This document shows positions 21,624 to 31,767 of a DNA stretch of 64,000 nt, piece after piece (the stretch's first letter is position 1; each line of letters starts with the position of its first letter). Source of the stretch: TPA_inf: Saccharomyces (taxonomy: Eukaryota). The stretch lies in the NCBI GenBank assembly GCA_000146045.2, contig BK006947.3:448001-512000 (forward strand). Reading direction: 5' to 3'. The translations under genes were made by a program, and so were the position numbers. Below the pieces are notes generated by a model. It made no database searches, was not told the DNA's origin, and saw only the letters and a program-made list of their open reading frames with translations.

Positions 21624-22052
21624 AGCGTGAGAATGAGTATGATGGAAATAGTGGAACTATTTAAAAAGCACCCAATAAAGAAAGATAGTTACTGTAAAGA
21701 GGTATATTATCATTATTCAGAGGGTTCAAGTACCATCATCAAGATTTAACACAAGCACAGTGAATAGCAACAATTAAAGAAAAAACTAATCAAAATCACG
21801 GTAGAAATAGGAGAAAAAAAGTAAAACAGAAACTAAGTCACTGTTTCTTTATATGACATATTCTATTATATAAATATGTAAAGAACGCTGAACAGTAAAA
21901 ATTTTATGAAATTCCGGCAGAGAAGAAAAGGAAAAAATAAGTATACACCACACCGTTACTGGATAGATTGAAGTTCAAATCAAAAAAGTTTACAAGTGAA
22001 ATAACAAACAGTAAATATTACACATTCATGTACATAAAATTAATTATCGGTG

Positions 22053-23102
22053 TCAATTGATTTCTGCTTGTAATGCTTGCAATTCGTGTCTCTTATTGTT
22101 CAAGTAATTCTCCAATACTTCAACCTGCTGTTCAATGTTATCCAAGTCATCAGTTATCGACCTGATGTTAATCCGCTTAGAAAGTTTTGAGCCTCCTTGA
22201 GTTTTTTCACTCTTTTTGTAGTTCAAAAGGCCTTCTAATTGTTCTCTCATGTTCGCAACTTGATCATCTGTCAGAGAAGCATATTTTTGCTTTATACTGT
22301 CTTCATTTGAAAGCACGTTACTGCCACTGCTATCGGAACTCGAGTTCTGCCCATTGTCACGCAGATTGTCCACTTCGTTAGCTTCTTCTTTTCTCTTTGT
22401 AGGAGGTTGAGAGGACCGTAAATCATAGCTCAGTTGTTTTTTATTGCACACCTCCGCCAGAGAATTTGGTAAACTTGCTGGAATTTCAGCACCCAAATCA
22501 TTTCTTTGTCTTAAACAGTGAATAAAATAAAAAGTAGGATCTCTATCAATTGATGGCAAATTTTGTGGGTTAATTAAACTCCAAACCTTATTTAAATCTG
22601 TCTTACTGATGTTAAAAAATTTTGTGGAAAGTTTTGTTGACAGTTCGTTGAATGTAATAGTACCATCGGTTAGTTTTGCACAGCTATTATAAATTTTTTC
22701 ATATTGATTCAAATCATCTGGAGACATGTACCAATCTACTTTGATTTCCTTCTTTGGAGGCAAGTCTGCGTTTTCTATTTGCTTGCGCTTCTTTCTTTCT
22801 TTGATTAGATTCACCTTACTCCCTGGAATCAACCAATCAGGCAATTCATCTGGAACAGAGCTAATGTTTTTATTAACCATATCAAATATTAATCTCATGC
22901 AAATTACAAATTCCTCAAAGTCTAAATTGTCGTCGTCATCAATATCAGCTAAAAACCAAATCTTGTTTAGAACCGATGAATCTAATTTGGAATTATAAAG
23001 AATTGGTAAAACCTGGTCATGGTTTACCTTATTCTCTATTGGTTTCAAACCCGAGAAGATTTGCCAGTATTTTTTTATTTCAAATTGTTCCAACTTGGGC
23101 AT
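22053..23102 (-). CDS. END3: EH-domain endocytosis protein End3
   Basis: 349 aa. Contains N-terminal EF-hand/EH-like repeats ([13 protein letters not shown]) and a C-terminal coiled coil. It is divergent from SAL1. Confidence 0.82.
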   Translation of the reverse strand: MPKLEQFEIKKYWQIFSGLKPIENKVNHDQVLPILYNSKLDSSVLNKIWFLADIDDDDNLDFEEFVICMRLIFDMVNKNISSVPDELPDWLIPGSKVNLIKERKKRKQIENADLPPKKEIKVDWYMSPDDLNQYEKIYNSCAKLTDGTITFNELSTKLSTKFFNISKTDLNKVWSLINPQNLPSIDRDPTFYFIHCLRQRNDLGAEIPASLPNSLAEVCNKKQLSYDLRSSQPPTKRKEEANEVDNLRDNGQNSSSDSSGSNVLSNEDSIKQKYASLTDDQVANMREQLEGLLNYKKSEKTQGGSKLSKRINIRSITDDLDNIEQQVEVLENYLNNKRHELQALQAEIN

Positions 23103-23376
23103 TTTTCAGAGATCCCTGTTATCTTTACCGGCCTTTCCAATACCCACTAACTCTATGGTTATATTACAATCGTCTGATTATAACAGGCAATTAACCTTGT
23201 GTTTCTGACGTTCTTTTCATTCATTCTTGATATGTTAAATCATAGGGGTCCTACACGATCGTCAAATATGATATTTAAAAAGTAATAAATAAAAATGCAG
23301 CTTTTTTATTAGCGATGGGAAATATTGAATATTTGAAGGGGCAAATAACGTTTAATTCAATCGAATGACGGTCTAA

Positions 23377-24861
23377 ATGCTGCTGAAAAATTGCGAGACG
23401 GACAAGCAGCGAGATATACGGTATGCGTGTTTGTTCAAGGAACTTGATGTTAAGGGAAATGGTCAAGTTACTCTAGATAATCTGATAAGTGCTTTTGAGA
23501 AGAACGACCATCCGCTCAAGGGAAATGATGAGGCAATCAAAATGCTGTTTACTGCAATGGATGTTAACAAGGACTCTGTAGTTGATTTAAGCGATTTCAA
23601 GAAGTATGCTTCCAATGCCGAATCTCAAATTTGGAACGGCTTCCAGAGGATAGATTTAGATCATGACGGTAAGATTGGCATTAACGAAATAAATAGGTAT
23701 TTGTCAGACCTCGACAACCAGAGCATATGTAATAATGAACTTAATCATGAACTTTCAAATGAAAAGATGAACAAATTCTCGAGGTTTTTTGAATGGGCGT
23801 TTCCAAAGAGAAAAGCCAACATTGCGCTACGAGGCCAGGCTAGCCACAAAAAGAATACTGATAATGATCGGTCAAAGAAAACCACCGACTCAGATTTATA
23901 CGTTACATATGATCAATGGAGAGACTTTTTGCTGCTGGTACCGAGAAAGCAGGGTTCGAGACTTCATACTGCTTATTCCTATTTTTACCTATTCAACGAA
24001 GATGTCGATCTGTCCTCAGAGGGAGATGTTACTCTCATAAACGATTTCATTCGCGGGTTCGGGTTTTTTATTGCTGGTGGTATTTCAGGTGTTATTTCAA
24101 GGACTTGTACCGCGCCATTTGATAGACTGAAAGTGTTTCTCATCGCAAGAACGGATCTATCCTCGATCTTGTTAAATTCAAAAACAGATCTCCTTGCTAA
24201 AAACCCCAATGCTGACATAAACAAGATATCATCTCCATTAGCAAAGGCTGTCAAAAGCTTATATAGGCAAGGCGGGATAAAGGCTTTTTATGTTGGGAAC
24301 GGTTTAAACGTCATCAAAGTTTTTCCAGAAAGTTCGATAAAGTTTGGTTCTTTCGAGGTCACCAAGAAAATAATGACCAAATTAGAAGGCTGCCGCGACA
24401 CAAAAGATCTTTCAAAGTTCTCTACTTACATTGCTGGTGGTTTAGCTGGTATGGCAGCTCAGTTTTCCGTTTATCCTATAGATACTTTGAAATTCAGGGT
24501 GCAGTGCGCTCCTTTGGACACAAAGTTGAAGGGGAATAATTTGCTCTTTCAGACTGCAAAAGATATGTTTCGAGAGGGGGGGGGTCAGATTATTTTACAG
24601 AGGTGTCACAGTCGGTATAGTGGGCATATTTCCCTATGCTGCATTAGATTTGGGGACTTTTTCTGCCTTAAAAAAATGGTATATTGCCAAACAGGCAAAG
24701 ACCCTGAACCTACCACAAGATCAGGTCACTCTAAGCAACCTGGTTGTACTTCCAATGGGTGCATTCAGTGGAACTGTAGGAGCTTCTGTTGTTTATCCAA
24801 TCAATCTTTTAAGAACAAGACTACAAGCCCAAGGAACATATGCACATCCTTATGTGTATAA
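23377..24861 (+). CDS. SAL1: Ca2+-binding mitochondrial ATP-Mg/Pi carrier Sal1, in its frameshifted 494-aa allele (sal1-1 type). It has N-terminal EF hands and a mitochondrial carrier domain that is truncated by a +1 frameshift.
   Basis: Contains EF-hand loops (DVKGNGQVT, DVNKDSVVD, DLDHDGKIG) and carrier repeats. The frame is lost after a G9 run at about 24576-24584, and the out-of-frame tail runs to a stop at 24861. Confidence 0.8.
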   Translation: MLLKNCETDKQRDIRYACLFKELDVKGNGQVTLDNLISAFEKNDHPLKGNDEAIKMLFTAMDVNKDSVVDLSDFKKYASNAESQIWNGFQRIDLDHDGKIGINEINRYLSDLDNQSICNNELNHELSNEKMNKFSRFFEWAFPKRKANIALRGQASHKKNTDNDRSKKTTDSDLYVTYDQWRDFLLLVPRKQGSRLHTAYSYFYLFNEDVDLSSEGDVTLINDFIRGFGFFIAGGISGVISRTCTAPFDRLKVFLIARTDLSSILLNSKTDLLAKNPNADINKISSPLAKAVKSLYRQGGIKAFYVGNGLNVIKVFPESSIKFGSFEVTKKIMTKLEGCRDTKDLSKFSTYIAGGLAGMAAQFSVYPIDTLKFRVQCAPLDTKLKGNNLLFQTAKDMFREGGGQIILQRCHSRYSGHISLCCIRFGDFFCLKKMVYCQTGKDPEPTTRSGHSKQPGCTSNGCIQWNCRSFCCLSNQSFKNKTTSPRNICTSLCV

Positions 24862-25015
24862 CGGCTTTAAAGATGTTTTGTTAAAGACGCTAGAAAGGGA
24901 AGGTTATCAAGGTCTATTTAAAGGTCTAGTACCAACTTTAGCAAAAGTATGTCCAGCAGTTTCCATCAGCTATTTATGTTACGAAAATCTGAAAAAATTC
25001 ATGAATCTGGAGTAG
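24584..25015 (+). pseudogene. SAL1: Out-of-frame continuation of SAL1 (+1 frame), encoding the conserved last mitochondrial-carrier repeat. A functional ~545-aa Sal1 would read through this segment.
   Basis: Frame 2 from the G-run translates as VRLFYRGVTVGIVGIFPYAALDLGTF...PINLLRTRLQAQG...SISYLCYENLKKFMNLE*, which is a canonical carrier signature. It is contiguous with the SAL1 frame-1 ORF if one G is removed. Confidence 0.75.
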
Positions 25016-25262
25016 TGATAATAACATATGCATATGTATCAACTAGTGAATTCTATTTAATTATAAACCGCTGCTGCGGTTTGTGGGCGTACTGTCAGCC
25101 AAGCTTTCGTTATAATATATATTCTTTTCAACATGTACATAGCTAGAACTCTAGAAAGCACAGATTAATACCGATTCTAATACAGATTTTAATGACCTCA
25201 ATAGTTAATTGATATTTGATAAAATATTATAAAAATCGTCTATAACAGAACGCGAAAAGAAA

Positions 25263-25272
25263 AGACGCGTCT
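25263..25272. promoter_or_regulatory. PMS1: MCB (MluI cell-cycle box, ACGCGT) embedded in the perfect 10-bp palindrome AGACGCGTCT, just upstream of PMS1
   Basis: Sequence aaagACGCGTctc at about 25263-25272. The MBF target consensus is ACGCGT. Confidence 0.6.
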
Positions 25273-25390
25273 CTCTTAATAATCATTATGCGATAAAATG
25301 TTTCACCACATCGAAAACTTATTAATTGAGACAGAAAAAAGGTGTAAGCAAAAGGAACAGAGGTATATCCCTGTGAAATATTTATTTAGC

Positions 25391-28012
25391 ATGACACAAA
25401 TTCATCAGATAAACGATATAGATGTTCATCGAATTACATCTGGACAAGTTATCACCGACTTAACAACTGCAGTGAAAGAACTCGTTGATAATAGTATAGA
25501 TGCGAACGCAAACCAGATCGAAATAATCTTTAAAGATTATGGTCTTGAATCTATCGAATGTTCTGATAATGGTGATGGCATAGACCCTTCAAATTATGAG
25601 TTCTTAGCTTTAAAACATTACACATCAAAAATTGCGAAATTTCAAGATGTTGCTAAAGTACAGACGTTAGGGTTTAGAGGGGAGGCCCTATCTTCTTTAT
25701 GTGGCATAGCTAAACTAAGTGTGATAACAACAACTTCACCACCAAAAGCGGATAAGTTGGAGTATGATATGGTCGGTCACATTACTTCAAAGACAACGAC
25801 ATCAAGAAATAAAGGGACGACCGTGTTAGTTTCGCAGTTATTTCATAACTTGCCCGTTAGACAGAAAGAATTTAGCAAAACTTTTAAGCGCCAGTTTACC
25901 AAATGTCTCACAGTTATACAAGGTTATGCAATCATAAATGCTGCCATTAAATTTTCAGTTTGGAATATCACACCAAAGGGTAAAAAAAATCTAATTCTAT
26001 CAACAATGAGAAATTCAAGTATGAGAAAGAATATATCCTCAGTATTCGGTGCAGGTGGTATGCGTGGGCTTGAAGAGGTTGATTTAGTGCTTGATTTAAA
26101 TCCCTTCAAGAATAGAATGCTTGGGAAATACACCGATGATCCTGATTTCTTAGACCTCGATTATAAAATTCGAGTGAAGGGCTATATATCACAGAATTCG
26201 TTTGGTTGTGGTAGAAATAGTAAGGATAGGCAATTCATTTATGTGAATAAAAGGCCAGTGGAATACTCTACGCTTTTAAAATGCTGCAATGAGGTTTACA
26301 AAACGTTCAATAATGTTCAATTTCCGGCTGTATTTCTCAATCTTGAATTACCCATGAGCTTAATTGATGTAAACGTCACTCCAGACAAAAGAGTGATACT
26401 GTTGCACAACGAACGGGCCGTCATTGATATTTTCAAAACAACTCTCAGTGATTATTACAATAGACAAGAATTAGCTCTTCCCAAAAGAATGTGCTCACAA
26501 TCAGAACAACAAGCTCAGAAAAGACTTAAAACGGAAGTCTTTGATGATAGAAGCACAACACACGAATCCGATAATGAAAACTATCATACCGCCAGAAGCG
26601 AAAGTAATCAATCCAATCATGCACATTTTAATAGTACTACTGGCGTAATAGACAAAAGTAATGGTACAGAACTAACTTCTGTGATGGACGGTAATTATAC
26701 TAATGTCACTGATGTCATCGGTTCGGAGTGTGAAGTTTCGGTTGATTCATCAGTTGTATTGGATGAGGGCAACTCAAGTACACCGACTAAGAAGCTGCCA
26801 AGTATCAAAACAGATTCTCAAAACCTAAGTGATCTGAACCTGAATAATTTTTCCAATCCTGAATTTCAAAATATAACTAGTCCAGATAAAGCACGTAGCT
26901 TGGAAAAAGTTGTTGAAGAACCAGTTTATTTTGATATTGATGGTGAAAAGTTCCAAGAAAAAGCGGTTCTATCACAAGCAGATGGTTTAGTTTTTGTAGA
27001 TAATGAATGTCATGAGCATACAAATGACTGCTGTCATCAAGAAAGAAGAGGAAGTACTGACACAGAACAAGATGATGAAGCTGACTCTATATACGCAGAG
27101 ATTGAGCCAGTTGAAATCAATGTGAGAACTCCTCTAAAGAACTCACGTAAATCGATTTCCAAAGATAATTATAGGTCATTGAGTGATGGATTGACGCATC
27201 GCAAATTCGAAGATGAGATATTGGAGTACAATTTAAGCACAAAAAATTTTAAAGAAATAAGTAAAAATGGCAAACAAATGAGTAGCATCATAAGTAAAAG
27301 AAAATCAGAAGCTCAAGAAAACATTATCAAAAATAAGGACGAACTAGAGGATTTCGAACAAGGAGAAAAGTATCTGACGTTAACAGTTTCAAAAAATGAT
27401 TTTAAAAAAATGGAGGTTGTTGGACAATTTAATTTAGGATTTATCATAGTGACCAGAAAAGTTGATAACAAATATGATCTGTTTATTGTCGATCAGCATG
27501 CAAGTGATGAAAAGTATAATTTCGAAACACTGCAGGCCGTGACAGTTTTTAAATCGCAGAAATTGATAATACCTCAGCCGGTAGAATTAAGTGTCATTGA
27601 TGAACTTGTGGTGCTGGACAATTTACCAGTTTTTGAAAAGAATGGATTCAAATTGAAAATTGACGAAGAAGAAGAGTTTGGCTCCAGAGTTAAGCTGTTA
27701 AGCTTACCTACTTCCAAACAAACCCTTTTTGATTTGGGTGATTTTAATGAACTGATACATTTGATCAAAGAAGACGGTGGGTTACGAAGAGACAACATCA
27801 GATGTTCCAAGATTCGTTCTATGTTTGCTATGAGAGCATGTAGAAGTAGTATAATGATAGGTAAACCGCTGAATAAGAAGACTATGACCAGAGTCGTTCA
27901 TAATCTCAGTGAACTTGATAAGCCTTGGAATTGTCCCCATGGACGTCCAACAATGAGACATTTAATGGAATTACGTGATTGGAGCTCATTTTCGAAGGAT
28001 TACGAAATATGA
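25391..28012 (+). CDS. PMS1: MutL homolog Pms1 (mismatch repair). The start is assigned to the second in-frame ATG (873 aa). An upstream in-frame ATG at 25298 would give 904 aa.
   Basis: Contains the GHKL ATPase motifs (ELVDNSIDA, GFRGEALSS) and a C-terminal MutL dimerisation/endonuclease region (DQHASDEKYNFE, CPHGRP). An MCB element sits only ~30 bp upstream of ATG 25298. Confidence 0.82.
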   Translation: MTQIHQINDIDVHRITSGQVITDLTTAVKELVDNSIDANANQIEIIFKDYGLESIECSDNGDGIDPSNYEFLALKHYTSKIAKFQDVAKVQTLGFRGEALSSLCGIAKLSVITTTSPPKADKLEYDMVGHITSKTTTSRNKGTTVLVSQLFHNLPVRQKEFSKTFKRQFTKCLTVIQGYAIINAAIKFSVWNITPKGKKNLILSTMRNSSMRKNISSVFGAGGMRGLEEVDLVLDLNPFKNRMLGKYTDDPDFLDLDYKIRVKGYISQNSFGCGRNSKDRQFIYVNKRPVEYSTLLKCCNEVYKTFNNVQFPAVFLNLELPMSLIDVNVTPDKRVILLHNERAVIDIFKTTLSDYYNRQELALPKRMCSQSEQQAQKRLKTEVFDDRSTTHESDNENYHTARSESNQSNHAHFNSTTGVIDKSNGTELTSVMDGNYTNVTDVIGSECEVSVDSSVVLDEGNSSTPTKKLPSIKTDSQNLSDLNLNNFSNPEFQNITSPDKARSLEKVVEEPVYFDIDGEKFQEKAVLSQADGLVFVDNECHEHTNDCCHQERRGSTDTEQDDEADSIYAEIEPVEINVRTPLKNSRKSISKDNYRSLSDGLTHRKFEDEILEYNLSTKNFKEISKNGKQMSSIISKRKSEAQENIIKNKDELEDFEQGEKYLTLTVSKNDFKKMEVVGQFNLGFIIVTRKVDNKYDLFIVDQHASDEKYNFETLQAVTVFKSQKLIIPQPVELSVIDELVVLDNLPVFEKNGFKLKIDEEEEFGSRVKLLSLPTSKQTLFDLGDFNELIHLIKEDGGLRRDNIRCSKIRSMFAMRACRSSIMIGKPLNKKTMTRVVHNLSELDKPWNCPHGRPTMRHLMELRDWSSFSKDYEI

Positions 28013-28187
28013 TCTAGCTTTGATATTCATTCATTATATAATTAACAAATACATTATATACAGGGAGTGACAACACAAAATATACTCGTGCATTGAAGAT
28101 GCTTGATGGATATATGTATTACGACATAAAGCTTAGCCATTAAGAATATGAACGTGGCTTTAATTTGTTTATATGTGGAGAGTATAA

Positions 28188-28688
<501 letters not shown>

Positions 28689-28931
28689 CTAGCCTGATAT
28701 ATGAAGGAGTTTTTTTAACCTTAAAGAACAAATATATTTCATTTCTATAATGAGCGCCATGTCGTCAATAGGGATATTGTATCTTCAGCTGTCATGTAAC
28801 ATATTAACTTCCAGGAATCTTAATTGAATGATTATGTAGGGATGATCTTGTAGCGTAAATATAGATACATAGTTAGAGCTGTTGCAGCATATACATATAC
28901 ATATATATTATATATTTTTCTTTTATTTTTT

Positions 28932-30032
28932 TCATGCGGGGGGATGCATTTCATGCAGTATTCTTTCTAATTGCTCTACATCCAATCTTTGGATGAACAG
29001 GTTTCGCAGTAAACCTAACATGGTGATAAAACTAGCTAGTCCCACAGGGACGACACAAAGAACCGTGATTTTATATAGATCTATCGTTCGCTTAGTGGTA
29101 AAATTGAATGCTTTTTTTGGATATTTTTTGGGTCTTTTAGGGCTTTGTGAATGAGAGACTGAGGGCCTGTTAACAGGAAACAATCCGCCATCACTGTTAT
29201 CGGAGAGACTGTCGTTGGAAGGAACATCTACTGTACTTTCGTCGGCTACCACAACATGTGAGTCTTCATCAGCGTCATCTTCACCATCCTCATAGTCTTC
29301 TGTTTCTTCTGGAACATTAGTATCCTCTTGTACTTCGCCTTCCTGGTTCCTGATATACCTCAGATCCGAGGTAAGATAACTTTGCCAAATGTACACTGCT
29401 GTTAGTACACAACTAATGAGTATCCATGTATGCAAAAAATAGTCGAGTTCCGGAGACAAAGACGACAAAAGAAGGAGTTCTAAGGTGACAATGATCAATG
29501 ACATGGAAAACATTCTTAAAATGGCGGCCACAGTAGAGTACTTGACGATCCATCGGACCATCAAAGAGTCGAGAATGGCATACGAGAGGTATAAAGACAC
29601 CAGGCACCAAAGTGAGCAAAGGAGATATTCAGACGCTCTTGCTGTAGTGAGTGCGGATAATAGGAGTGAATCCTTACCGTCGCCATTCACAGCCTTTTGC
29701 GAAGCTCCTTCAAATGATGAGTTATTGTCGTAAGCGCTATTGAGTTTTTGCCAGAAATAAGTGAACGCATCTCTTAGTGATTGTGGCTCGTAAAGCGTTA
29801 TGCTGGTGCGCATGGAGACTCTCCAAGCCTTCCGCAGAGATGTGAAGATGTAAGTTAACGGCGGTAAAAGGGATATGTCCCTGCATAAGGCCATCAGCAT
29901 ATGCTGCTTGGCAGTTAAATGATTCAAAGACAGCGTTTTCATAGAACTGTACGTCTTTTTAAAGGTCGCTCGCTCATGCTTGGCATACTTGTCCTCATGA
30001 GGGCCCATACCAGTACTTAGTATCCACGTCAT
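28932..30032 (-). CDS. EOS1: Multi-pass membrane protein Eos1 (ER; N-glycosylation / oxidative-stress related)
   Basis: 366 aa with several hydrophobic helices and an acidic C-terminal stretch. I identify it by size and position (YNL080C). Confidence 0.65.
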   Translation of the reverse strand: MTWILSTGMGPHEDKYAKHERATFKKTYSSMKTLSLNHLTAKQHMLMALCRDISLLPPLTYIFTSLRKAWRVSMRTSITLYEPQSLRDAFTYFWQKLNSAYDNNSSFEGASQKAVNGDGKDSLLLSALTTARASEYLLCSLWCLVSLYLSYAILDSLMVRWIVKYSTVAAILRMFSMSLIIVTLELLLLSSLSPELDYFLHTWILISCVLTAVYIWQSYLTSDLRYIRNQEGEVQEDTNVPEETEDYEDGEDDADEDSHVVVADESTVDVPSNDSLSDNSDGGLFPVNRPSVSHSQSPKRPKKYPKKAFNFTTKRTIDLYKITVLCVVPVGLASFITMLGLLRNLFIQRLDVEQLERILHEMHPPA

Positions 30033-30565
30033 CTGGTTTTTTAAAACCCTGAAGAATCAAATAAGATTATTTGACCAAAGGAAGGGAAGGGAAGAGAAAA
30101 AAAACTTAAAGAAAAAAGAAATGAGAAACCCTGGTGTGTTCACGTAGATGCACAGACGGTGGGCAACCCAAAACTTAGTCTTCCGATAAACTTTTCAGGT
30201 TCTTGTACACGTGGAAACGCCCGATATATATCACATGTAGCTGTGTAATATGAGAATGCCTTTGTCCATGTGATAAACCGTGCAAAACTTAACATGGGAG
30301 CAGGCACAAGTGTGAGTCCCACGAACAAAACGCCGCTCGGGTAATAACGCCCAATGTAAAAACATCATAAATCAGCACGCAAACGGTAAAGAACAAAAAC
30401 ATCTTCAAGGGAAAAGTATACAGATGTATAGTCTAAGCTATTGTATTTGTATAAATGGTTCTTATTTTAGTTTCGTTTGCCCATGAGCGTTTGATTTGCT
30501 CAAGAACAAGGAACAAAGACCAGCGTGTTGGGGAAAAGAAAAAGAAAACAAAAAACAAAAGTAGA

Positions 30566-31165
30566 TCACAAGTTTTCCAGAGATGCAGCAATTTCGTCCA
30601 GTTCCTTCTTTGCGTCTTCGTACTTGACGGTCAATTCCTCGTTCTTTCTTTCCCATTCTTCTCTTTGTTCTTCCAAGGCAGCTACTCTTCTTTCCAATTG
30701 ATCTGCCTTCAAGTCGGACTCTCTCAATTTCTCAGTGGTTTCCTTTAGCTTGGTGTCGCTTTCCTCCAAGTCTTCTTCCAATTGCTGGTTCTTCTTGGAG
30801 AAATTGTCGTTGTTGGACTGCAAGTGGTGAGAGTCCTCGGACAATTGCTTGGATTCAGCCAATTCTGCTTCCAACTTCTCGATCTCTTCCTCCAATTGGT
30901 GGTTCTTCACCGTCAAGGACTTGATCTGATTTTCTTTTTCAACGTTATCCTGTTCTGTTTGCTTAGAGTCAGAAAGTCCCGCTTCCAGCTTCTCGATCTC
31001 ATCCTCCAATTGCTGGTTTTTGACGGTTAAAGACTTGATCTGATTCTCCTTTTCGACGTTCTCTTGCTCCAAGTCCTTGTTCTTCTCTTTCAACTCCTCG
31101 TACTTCTCCTGCCATGATTCGGCTTCCAACTTCAAGTTGCTTAGCTTTTCTCTGATTTTGTCCAT
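30566..31165 (-). CDS. TPM1: Tropomyosin 1 (199 aa, continuous coiled coil)
   Basis: Heptad-rich E/K/L sequence MDKIREKLSNLKLEAE..., with a 38-aa internal tandem duplication. Confidence 0.9.
   Translation of the reverse strand: MDKIREKLSNLKLEAESWQEKYEELKEKNKDLEQENVEKENQIKSLTVKNQQLEDEIEKLEAGLSDSKQTEQDNVEKENQIKSLTVKNHQLEEEIEKLEAELAESKQLSEDSHHLQSNNDNFSKKNQQLEEDLEESDTKLKETTEKLRESDLKADQLERRVAALEEQREEWERKNEELTVKYEDAKKELDEIAASLENL
30836..31063 (-). repeat. TPM1: Tandem duplication of 2 x 114 nt inside TPM1, encoding two 38-aa copies (ENVEKENQIKSLTVKNQQLEDEIEKLEAGLSDSKQTEQ / DNVEKENQIKSLTVKNHQLEEEIEKLEAELAESKQLSE)
   Basis: The two near-identical nucleotide blocks are visible on the plus strand (ttccaacttctcgatctcttcctccaattggtggttcttcaccgtcaaggacttgatctgatt... 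/ ttccagcttctcgatctcatcctccaattgctggtttttgacggttaaagacttgatctgatt...). Confidence 0.85.
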
Positions 31166-31351
31166 TGTTGCCTTTTTTGTGTGTATGGGGTGTGAGTTCT
31201 ACTATGTAGATTTCTTCTACCAACCTAATCTTTTACAGTATCAGAAGGGAAAAACGAACCTTCTTCTTGCCAAGTATGCAGTATGTGATCTCTAACACTT
31301 TTCCGTTTCTCGTAGATCGTGCTATGGTGTGCTGATTTTTTATTTTAATGG

Positions 31352-31387
31352 TTACCCGACTTCTTTACCCGGCTCTCCGTCGGGTAA
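31352..31387. promoter_or_regulatory. Cluster of three Reb1-type sites (TTACCCGa, TTACCCGG, and an inverted tCGGGTAA) in the TPM1/NIS1 divergent promoter
   Basis: Sequence gTTACCCGActtcTTTACCCGGctctccgtCGGGTAAgat. The Reb1 consensus is TTACCCGG. Confidence 0.6.
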
Positions 31388-31459
31388 GATATATGTGCTA
31401 GCGCCACGCGATGGCTGGTTTGTCTTTTTAAGTTCTTAATATTTATTTTTATATTTTGA

Positions 31460-31481
31460 TTTTTTTTTTTTTTTTTTTTTT
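31460..31481. repeat. Poly(dA:dT) tract, about 22 consecutive T on the plus strand, in the TPM1/NIS1 intergenic region (a nucleosome-excluding element)
   Basis: Direct read of the homopolymer. Confidence 0.9.
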
Positions 31482-31767
31482 CCATTAGTGAATGACAGCA
31501 ATGTATTAAGCTGCTGCCGCGCATACAAAATGTACTGCGTTAAATTAGATTAGCTTAAATTAGTGCTTGGTAAAGGAGGAGTGGTTTCAAGTCCGGTGTG
31601 CGCCCCACTTTATTCGGGTATCTTCTACGTTTTTACATCCATGTTTCAGGTACTGTTGAAAATAGTTAAGATCGTTCGTATTTCTTAATTCATGTATTTT
31701 TCCCTGTTCCTAACTCGCAAACATCAGTTTTCTTGCAGATACGTCTTGAAATACAACCATACAGACA

